64,000 nucleotides of DNA, taken from assembly GCA_040954595.2 (NCBI GenBank), contig JBECUI020000028.1, positions 1 through 64,000 of the forward strand, read 5' to 3'. Shown one piece after another: positions 54,241 through 64,000 of this stretch (position 1 is the first letter of the stretch; each line of letters opens with the position of its first letter). The translations under genes were made by a program, and so were the position numbers. The notes below the pieces were generated by a model. It was not told the origin of the DNA. It saw nothing but the letters and a program-made list of their open reading frames with translations, and did not search any database. This stretch comes from Balanoglossus misakiensis (lineage: Eukaryota > Animalia > Hemichordata).

Positions 54241-54554
54241 TTATTATAACACACCATGCAGCGAACACTCGATCGTGATTCGTCAATACGCCGTCACGTG
54301 ACCTTAGTCATTTCGAACTGTTCCCTAGGGCATGATTTCGATCGGTTTCTGCCTGGTACTGTTGCCTGGATGTTGTGTGTGTCATGTTTGGTGTGTTATA
54401 AAACACATGATGACTGACATATTCGGGCAACGGTGTATTTTTGATGACCTCGGGACTGCTAGTCACAACTAAAACAGTCTTGTTTTCCCTATGCCCTCAG
54501 TCCCAAGGTCATCAAAAATACACTGTTGCCCTCATTGTCACAGTCAGTCATCAT
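54241..54554. mobile_element. Hairpin-bearing non-autonomous element in Sola1 intron
   Basis: IR TTATAACACACCA / TGGTGTGTTATAA followed by a ~145-bp hairpin (54408-54554). Confidence 0.55.
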
Positions 54555-54756
54555 GTGTATACAGTAATACTGTATCTGGGCCCCTCAATATCTTGTCTCC
54601 TCCTCCTGACAGCTGCTTCATATGCTGGCCATCTTGAAGTAGTATTTTTCACCCACAGTTTGGAGCATGCCCAATTGACACTGAGACTTTCACATGGACC
54701 CTCCGACATTGAATCAGTGCTCGACCACACACAACATCCACTTTGCAGGATGAGAA

Positions 54757-54958
54757 TAAAAATCTTGTCAAAATGAATAAATGGTAGAGACCGATTATTC
54801 ATTTCGGCCAGTTTTTCACTCTCGCATCTTCAAGTGGGATGGAAGTTGTGTTTGGTCAACAATGATTCCCTATATCCACACGTAGAATAACAAATGGTGT
54901 CTTGTATCAAACATAATTAATGGAAAAAAGGGCAGTGAGAGAGAGACTTTGTCCCTTT
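54757..54958. mobile_element. Right half of the Kolobok-type MITE family in Sola1 intron
   Basis: Homologous to 11280-11483 and 46050-46266; ends GAGACTTTGTCCCTTTA. Confidence 0.7.
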
Positions 54959-57900
54959 AGGTGGTTTGCTATCTAACCTGTATATGTGTTCTCAGTGTTC
55001 ACTAATTTATTTTGAGTGACTTAACTATTCTTTTTTCCAAACAGACAGTGCAAGATGCTGTTCAGTTCCTGGTCAGATATGCAGATGACAATGGTCTGCC
55101 TATGCCAGCTGCTCCTTGTGGTAGAGATGGAAGGCCTCCGATTTATCTTCCATCCTGTGACACCAAGGCTGATATGTATAAGAAGTATATGGAGGCCTGT
55201 AATGTTTGTCAGCCAACCAAGCAGCCTGTGGGGGAGACAACTTTCCGAAATATCTGGAAATTGTGTGTACCACACATTCAGCGAATGGAACCTCGTACAG
55301 ATGTGTGTGCCAAATGTGAACACTTCCGGAATGAAATTCAGTTTGCCTCAACAGAAGAAGACAAACTGAACTCTAGTATTGCATTCTCAGGACACATTTT
55401 GAAATCACAAAATGAAAGAGAATTTCTGAACTTGTGCATTAGAAAGGCACAGGATGAACTCAGAGACATTGAAGTTCAGCCCCCATGTAGTCCTTGCTCT
55501 TATGATTTACATAATGTTCATTATACACTTGATTTTGAGTTTTCTGCTGCCCCATCAGTCTCGTCAAGTTAGTCCACTGTATTTTCTGAATCCACTACGT
55601 GTAAATTGCTTTGGTATATGTAATGATAGTCAACAATCTCAAATGAATTATCTGTTTGATGAGTCTGAGACCATTGGCATTGATAACAGAAAGTGCCATG
55701 GTGCCAATAATGTAGTTAGCATGCTTCACAATTATTTTGAGGAGCATGGATTGGGTGAAAAGAGTTGTCATTGCCATGCTGACAACTGTGGAGGTCAGAA
55801 TAAAAACAAAACTGTCATTCATTATTTTTGTTACCGTACCAGTACTGGTTAACATGACGAAATTAATTATCATTTCTTGGAACCAGGTCATACAAAGTGC
55901 ATTTGTGATGCTTGTTTCGGTAAGATTCGGCAAGTGTATCGTAGAAGTGATGTTGACACAGTTCAGCAGCTGGCAGACATTGTGTCAAAAAGTTCACGAA
56001 TAAACAATTTGAAATGTTATGGCAGTCGGAATTCTGATCCCAACTTTCAATGGTTTGAGTGGGATTCATTTTTTTCTTCATTTCTCAAACCATTGAAGGG
56101 AATTCGTGTTTATCATCATTTTAGATTCACCAAGAATGATCCTGGTGCTGTATATGTTAGAAAATTAGTCACAGATGATGAAATCCGTATAGATCTGCTC
56201 AAAAGAAATGCTACTTGGCCTCCATCACCACATATAAAACCCTCTGTATTGCCTGCTGGAGGAATGAGTTTAGCCAGATGGAGAGAGTTACAGAAGGAAA
56301 TTGTTCCATTTGTCAGACAGCCATTTAGACATGCATTTTGCCCTGAAGAGTAAATCCAAAAACCCACTGAATACTCTTGCATGTATGTAGTACTGAAAAT
56401 AAATGCAAACTTGTAAATATTTAAATGTTATCTGAAAAAAATGATAGTTAGAATTGTATGTAGCAATATCAGTGATGTAATGGTTGGAGTTCTGACACTA
56501 CAGGTAGCCATGGCAACAGTTTAGATGGAGACTGCTGGTAGCCATGGCAACAGTTATGTCAATAATGTCATGTAAATATTCATATTTTCGGAGGATGTGA
56601 TGTGTAGAGTTTTGGCACTTGTGGTGTCTAATAAAATGTATTTTTAAATAGAACTAGCATCATCTTGTGCGCTTTCAACCCCTATGATATAATGGAATGA
56701 CAGACACCCCCTCTCCCCCTAAAAAGTTGATTTAGTCAGTACCTACGGTATAAATGGATACAGATCTTCCATGTAGTTGGGAAAAGATGTTTGGTTTTTA
56801 AACCTCTTTATTGTGAAACAAAAACAGTGAATTTTATTTGTGGGCTGAGGTCAAAGGTCATATGTCACATTCAATGGGCCACAAATGCCATTTCCAGGTG
56901 TAAGTTCATAGTGAGCGGCACACATATGAAAAGAGGAGCACAGGTACTATCAAAAAACGACAAAAAATAAAAATCGAAAAATCCATGCATAAGGGCCCTT
57001 TTCCCTTGCGGCGGCCCATTTCTCGTCTGTCTTTTTTTTATTCAGTTTTTGAGAAGTACCGACAAACTGTCCACAATGAAGCGGTCAAATCCATGGATGA
57101 TGCATTAAACGAGGTATGACATTTCACCACCCAAAAACAACTAAATAAATGTTATTTGATATTTTTATCATGCCACATTTTATCCGTGTGTTCATATAGG
57201 CCTAATACATTTTGTTTTTGAATCCAATTTCAGGAAATCGCATCGGAAGACCGCACCATTAAGCTGGGGATTGAAAATATGAGCGATGCATGACACGGTA
57301 CATGAAAGAATGCACAAAACTCTGACATAGTTGTACTTGGTGACATGTATGTAACAACTTTTCGTTAGAAATAACATTTTTCATCTCTATGGCAATGATG
57401 GTTATATGTATGGTAATGTGTTACCCTTACACGCACTCAATCGCATCGCTATTTCTGTCGACAGTGAGTATTGTATTTGGCATCAACACACTTCTCCGAA
57501 CTGACATGCCACATGCTTTGACGTATACTGTTATTGTAATATATGGCAATTTTGGATTAAATTCGAATAACTTTATTTGTAACTATTTTTCTTTGTTTTA
57601 GAACCCATAAGTGCATCCATAAGAAGTTGGTCAGGAAGCACGATGACCCGTGTTCCCAAAGACACGAGATGGTTGGGATCAGGCGATTTTATAACTGGGC
57701 TGATGAAAAAGGTAAAACATAGTATTAACACGGTGCTTTCCCATCAGTATCAGTAAAATCCTTGCTAAATGTTTTTACAAAACTTGAGGCATGTACATGG
57801 ACCACATATAAAACGATAATTATAATTCTATGCAAGAAAATATGTCACACTGACAACCGGCTATTGCAAATGATTACATTTACAGGGGTTCCAATTTTAG

Positions 57901-60900
57901 TTCATGGCCACGACAACAACGCGTCTGTAAACAAATTCCTGCGAGAGGAAAGGCCAGATACCATCAGCAGCAACGACACATGGCATGGTAAGGCTTCATT
58001 CTTACTTGACAGGGGAAGGTGTAGCAGCAAAAACACTTTTGATCATCTGTAAACTTATAATTTGAAAGTGAATATGTGTATTCAGGTTTGTTTTCAAGGC
58101 AGAGTTGCACCAATCCAGGCACCATTAATTGATTCTGTTTCATCGTGTACACGTAGGCGAGGAGCTGTAACATCAATGCTTGTTTTTATTTTACAGTTAC
58201 CAAGGCAATAGGCCGAGAGATGAAACGAGTAACCACGGGGACACAACGAAACATGAACGTAACCTGGCACCCTGAACTTGCAGATAAAGGTAAAATCACA
58301 CACATTTTATGTTTTCTCAATCGCAATGTTAAGTTTTCACTTTTGGTCAGGTATCTGTGGTTACGAGTTTCTGTTTCATGTTCAGTTTTATGCGTTGAAT
58401 ATTTTTTTTTCTCTTATGCAGCTTTGAAAATGGAGATATTAAACGTAAAGCCATTTCGTTTGTGATAACAATTATTACAAATTCAACTATGTGTTCACCT
58501 CTCCACAGGGGCCAATGTAAAGACACATTGCTACTGGGCCATGACACGGGCAAAACAACACCTTCTGGACAATGGCAACACAACCCGGGCACGAACCGAA
58601 GCAGCGGCGCTAATCCGAAAAAAATTAGACAATATTGTCGCTCATTATCAGGTAATTACCTTTGAATGAAACAAAAATAACTTTTTTGATTAAATAAAAT
58701 AGTTGAAAATGTAACCATCGCCATCACACATTCTTTTAAAGTTATCTGTGGATGCCAACATCAGGACAAAACCGTGACTGTGCTTCTTAAATTCCATCAA
58801 ATAGACGGTACATGTTATCTTTTCGATCTGTAGGATAATCACGCTGGGTGTGACCCAAAATCGAGGTGTCGGAATAGCGCGAATTACGAAGCATCGTTCC
58901 GCCCAATCAGGCAATCGAAAGCAGCTGACCTCCTGAGGCATGCAGTTAGAAAGACGCAGCTGTACAAGAAGCCAGAGAATTATGTTGATGTGAGTTTTTT
59001 TAAGTATTACATAGCATGAGGTAAATGTAGGTGTGCTTAGCTATGTGTATTGAATGACAATGTTTAGCTTGAAACACGATTTCAGAATACAGGTACATGT
59101 AGTTACAATGTGCAGTGTTTGAACACCACCATGCAGCAGATAGAGCATAGCAGTATTTCTCTCAGGCTTTCTTGTACCGAGATTATGCTGTAGTTTTTGT
59201 CAGCTATATGCAGACACGATTATGGAAAACCAAAGTCTCTACTCTTTGTAAAGATTTTATTTTATTTTCCATTCTAGTGTAAAGACACACACTATGTTGA
59301 GAGCTTCAACAATGTTGCGCATCCCATTAAAAAAAAACTCCTATAAATTCAGGAGTGATCTCACCTGTCTGGACTGGGTAAGTTTTATTTTATTTCCGAG
59401 TGTGTTCATGTTTTCCCCATGATAATTTACAATGTTTCTGTGCAAGCTTATCACTGACAAAACAATAAAATATGACGCAGAAGCGAAAGTGGTGTCAACC
59501 AATACCAGGAAGAGTCGGCGAGGAAGGCAGTACAGGAGGAGGTCTGAGCGCAGGGTATTGACGGAAAAAACAAGTCGTTGGAGGACCAATGTGTGGAGGC
59601 GTTTTGTCGAAGAAGTTTTTAGTGCCTCTCTGTAGAAACCCAGAGACGTATGCTCTAGTGCATACACATACCAAACGGCCCTTATCAGGGCCACCACATC
59701 CTTCAAAAAGAGAACTACCGTAATCACCAAAACACTTCGTAATAAAAAATTAAAAAGAAATGCACAAATCATTACACAGGCACACATACTCACATATAAA
59801 AGTGAATAAAGAAGTACACTACACACCCGAGGATATGACTTTGGTGTTATTTTAATGTACCATTCATTTTTGTCAAAAACAATCACCACTCAAAGAAAAC
59901 TGCCAAAAATAAAGATGTATCGCATTAAAATATGTACAATAATGTCGTCTCTTAAAAAACCTTAAACGGACTCTTGACTTCAGTGATGCCCGGATTTGAT
60001 GAAATATCGAAACGTACGGAAACGCAGAAAGTCAGTCAAAGAATTGTTTTGCTATCAATCACGTGATCTGGCGTTGTCATTTCCAAGTGACGGGCAAGCA
60101 ATATTTCGCCATTCAGTAAAAGATTTTTCCAAGTATGTTTTTATTTTAAAAACCGCCAGACACGTACCATGTATCAGGTATAATGCCTCCACGCTATTGA
60201 AGTTGCCCGTCATCTGGATATTTGAATGCTAACGTAACTGTGCCTGAGCGTGCGTGCTGCTGTACACGGGCGCGACAGCTTCACGAGTGCATATAGCCGC
60301 GCCTATAGGCCCATGTCGCAATAGCAATAGATAGGACTTTCTACCTGCAAATCATGACGCACCAAGTATCAAGACATGCTGCCAATCATTTATAGTTTTG
60401 GTAATTCGACTTGTATTCCTTTCATGTGGAATTTTCGACAAGCATCTGAGCTCCCTTCAAAAATTACCGACGCCACGATCGCGATTGTCAGCAATTAAAA
60501 CAATGCGGACATTTTCGCATCGTTCATTTCCGGGGATCAGTCTAGCTTGAACTGGGTTTGTATCGATGTCGATCTATAAACTTGATGATCGCGAATTCAG
60601 ACATTTCAACGCCTATTTTGAGTAGCGATCCGCTCTCAAGTTGATAGGAAAATTATAGACAGGCCTGTGCCGAGCCGCCCCAGCCGTGCGCAAGTGGATT
60701 GACCGACGCGTGGTACGGTAGCCGGTCATGCATGCAGGATGACTGTTTTGCATGCTGCCGGCTGCGCCTCCAATCACAATTGCTTGAGGTCAAAGTCGTC
60801 ATCAAGACGGTCCTGCCTCGCAGGACAAATGCAAGTAAGAATCAATACACGCTGATTTCAGATCATAGTGAGGTGAATACAGCTTCTTTGTGCGAGATTG

Positions 60901-62055
60901 CGTTGTAGGGCTTACTTTACAGAGCATTGTCCGAAGTTTCGCGATCGCATTCCAGAGCTTGCACCTGTGCGCGCTTGGGAGAATTGAGCGTCGAAGTGGT
61001 TAGAGCGATCGGCCTCTTGCTTTCCAGTTGACCGTAAACAGTCTCTACTGTACTCGTGTGCAGCTAGACCATGGCACGGCCGTTATCGTTATCTGTAATA
61101 CCTAGCACCCTTTATAGGATTAGCTAAGGTGGTAAACTGTTGTGATTGGAGTGTGTTTTTAACGTACTGTAGGTTAAGCATCGCAACTAGCCTAATGTTT
61201 GACTAGGAGGAGCACCTACTAATGCGAAAACCAGGGATTGAAAATTGCCCCTTTAAACATCGACAGACAAATGACACATTTTTCCCCCTTTATTTTGTAG
61301 AACAGAAGTAAAATGTTCTTGGAGAAGCAAATTTAAATTGTTTTGTGTTCTTTTCACAATTTTAGAAAAATGAAATATGACGACAAGTTGACTGTAGAAA
61401 CGGAAGGTTTGGGGTACTTTAGGCACATCACAGATAAATAAACACGAAACGCATTAATTTTTCAGCTGGAAAACTAAAGCCCTAGGCCTGCCTATCAGTT
61501 TCCTCCCATAGACAACCTTCACAATGGGACACCATCCCTGTTTCGTTCAGGAATCTCCCTGGGTTACCTCCAGGGGACGTATAGAATGCATTAGTGACAA
61601 TTAAAACGCCATCGACTTTATCCTGTATTATTTTGTAATATTTTCACGGAATCTGAGATTGAAAATTAAGTATTCCAACCATCAGCAATAATTTACTTTC
61701 AAAAAATCTAACCGTTGAGAGCTATTTATAGAATTTTGTAATTTTGACATTAAGGCCGAACCCTGTTGTTGAGTATTAAGATTTAATTTTAATTTTTCGA
61801 TTAGTGATCTCTTTCTTATGCATGAATGAAAAAAAATAATTGACAGATCTCAGTCTTACAGATGTTTATTTTATCACCATGGTAACAACTTCTTATCGGT
61901 ATATAGAGGGTTGTTTGTCTCGTATCGCGCTACTGATATTGAAAAGTAACCTTCCTAATTTCAACAAGCTGTAAATTTTATAGACGTGTAACTCGTGCTC
62001 ATTTTCTTCTTCTTCTTCTTCTTTTTAATTTCTGTGCCGACGGCTTCAGTGCCGA

Positions 62056-62190
62056 ACGTTCGATTCTGGCAGGTGGTTTCGAAATTGGATTGTTGTATAT
62101 GTGGACCAACGGCTTGTGGTCTGTCACAATGGTGAATTTCTGACCATATACATACAAGTGGAATCGTTCGCATGCCCATACAACGGCAAG
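62056..62190 (-). mobile_element. Ty3/Gypsy pol RNase H fragment
   Basis: LAVVWACERFHLYVYGQKFTIVTDHKPLVHIYNNPISKPPARIER; isolated 135-bp relic. Confidence 0.85.
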
Positions 62191-64000
62191 GCCGGGATCC
62201 AGCCGGGATCGAGCATTAAACATGAAGCAGACGACAAAAAGTGACAAGACGGGCATCGCGCGTGGCAAAGTGAAAAATATTTCCACAGAGCAATTTCAAA
62301 ATAAAACGTCCGTTAATTCAACAGTATTGTTGTTTTATTTATTTGGTTTAAACATGCGCGACTGTGGTTTTTGCTGCCATATGCTAGTTCAGCAGGGGCC
62401 CGTTTTAGCTCTGCCAGCAGTGCATTATGAGTATTTTAGCATCGCTGGATTGAGCTCTCGTCCAATCAGAATTGCGGACGGTAGCATGATATAATATAAT
62501 ACTGTATATATACCATTTATATATTTGCGACAAAATTATGGTCATATATTGCCAAAGAAAACAATGGATTTCAAATAGAATTGTTTTATCAAACTCTGGA
62601 TATATTTATTATTTAGCAGCATTCAAAAATGGCTAACGATGCAGTTTTTAATTTATTAAATTCATCCATATCAAACACAGAAATGTTGTCTACCTAGGAT
62701 AGGATGACTAGAACAATCATCTATACAAAGTCAGTCCCCCCAGATCAATGAGAATAAAAAGTGCCTTGCTCAAGGGCACAAAATCATTGAAGTTTATGCC
62801 ATTTCCACTCAAGTTGGACTGGAAGTCAAATATGAAGACATTTGTTGGAATTTCTCTTATCTCATATACTTATCTGCATTCTGATTGTGAGCTGATATGT
62901 TATGAGGGATTTTATTCTGAAATTGTTCTTTTTGGTGCTATGGTCTATTTATTTCCTAAGTGTCACATTCCACTGGAATGAATTGTCTCTCCCATCAGAA
63001 AACAGCATCTAGACCCCCCCTGGGGATACCAAATGATGACTCCCTGAGTACTTAACTCACTCCAAAATAAAATCAACCCAGTGCCAATTCTTCAAACATT
63101 TCAAGTAAAATTTGCCTGATAGAAGTTTCTCTTGATGAAAATCACTTGTGACTCTGAAGTGTTGCACAGAAAAGAACTTGTTTCTTTTTTTCTTTCTTCA
63201 AAGGGTGGAAAGTGTACCAGTCACAAATCAACGTCGTAACCAGGGTAACTACCAATTTCATGTCAAAGTTCATACATGCTATCCTCTGCTCGCATTAATA
63301 GCGATGTTTTGGGCGATTTCTGAGGGAGACTACACTTTCTACATGCTCAATCATGAAGGTAGCTGTGTTGTGATTGGTTATCTACACATTTGTCTCAGTC
63401 AGCAACCAATCAAAGCACAGCTTACTTTCCAGTAGTTGAGTGAAAAAAAAAATCATTAAGTTGGTTATTTTCACAAAGATCAGTCCTCCAAACTCTTCCA
63501 TGTTTTTGTATTAAAGTGTATATGAAGTCGATTTGAAAAAAAAAAAGATTTTCATCACCTTGGTTTCATAAAAAAATAAACAATGTTCACCATGGAGTTA
63601 TAGCGGCCATTTTGAATTTCAAATTTGAGACAATTTTTGTCATTCAAATTTTTACGGTGAATAATTAATCTGTATTCTTTGTTTTAAGCAAGAATAATCT
63701 AAAGTTGTATTGAGGAGAATATGACTGATTTTGAAGGTGCACATTAAAACCAAACATGAGAAGCAGTAGGAATAGTTCATGTCTTGTATTGCAATAATTT
63801 GGCAGCCCGTGTTCAACTCGGGGGGTGGGGGGTGGGGGGGGGGGAATGCTAACAATGGACACACATATACACAAAAGATTGCAAAAGTAAAAGATTTATT
63901 TTGAACACATCAAGGATTTTAAAAACCTATAAAGAATCTTTCTGGCTGTGAAGAAGCAGTAAATAATTCATTTCTCAAGTCCTCATGAAAAAGAACTGTA

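Larger units (their letters stand above)
52905..56353 (+). pseudogene. Sola1 DDD transposase, disrupted
   Basis: CVCKHQC, PRTDVCAKC, YTLDF..LLPH..PLYF, HADNCGGQNKN, FLEPGHTKCICDACFG; frameshifts (~53390, ~55540) and a stop at 55850. Confidence 0.85.
52585..57017 (+). mobile_element. Sola1 DNA transposon nested in intron 2 of the Kolobok-like gene
   Basis: 32-bp TIR GGGTCGCCGCAAGGGAAAAGGGCCCTTATGCA / TGCATAAGGGCCCTTTTCCCTTGCGGCGGCCC; 4-bp AWWT-type TSD ATTT (52581-52584 / 57018-57021). Confidence 0.9.
51559..59635 (+). pseudogene. Kolobok-like (Mutator-related fold) transposase, multi-exon, degenerate, interrupted by Sola1
   Basis: Spliced motifs WNSSPYL..LVNYR, SDA(R)HGT(R)KNA, HGHDNNASVNK, NDTWH, TWHPELADK, NIVAHYQ-DNHAGC..SRC, DTHYVESFNN; stops and frameshifts; termini not located. 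Confidence 0.7.

Noticed and set aside
61230-61257. TTGCCCCT|TTAA as right end of the Kolobok-like element
   Set aside because: No matching left TIR found upstream of 51559.

Overview
Eukaryotic (animal, probably marine invertebrate; inferred from spliced genes and TE families) region that is almost entirely a dense, partly nested cluster of cut-and-paste DNA transposons. From left to right: (1) the right part of a CACTA/EnSpm element (1-9351) with a dead transposase and a divergent, intact 7-exon BEN-domain gene; (2) two decayed MED25 exons among MITEs; (3) a complete, apparently intact IS3EU-type element (17653-25918, 6-bp TSD GTTTTA) with a DDE transposase, a convergent SAM-like/HECT E3 ligase gene, and an antisense copy of its own catalytic exon inside its intron; (4) a 180-bp satellite and a 69-bp-repeat foldback element; (5) an unclassified 6.9-kb element (34672-41579, 9-bp TSD ATTCTCGTG) whose transposase is fused to RING-like, Zn-knuckle and herpes-USP-like (peptidase C76) domains; (6) a degenerate RAG1/Transib-like transposase with a SAP domain and an Sld2/RECQL4-N-like tail; (7) a degenerate Kolobok-like transposase with a Sola1 element (52585-57017, TSD ATTT) nested in an intron; plus many MITEs and a Gypsy RNase H scrap. 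All family calls come from motif recognition by eye, not from database searches.
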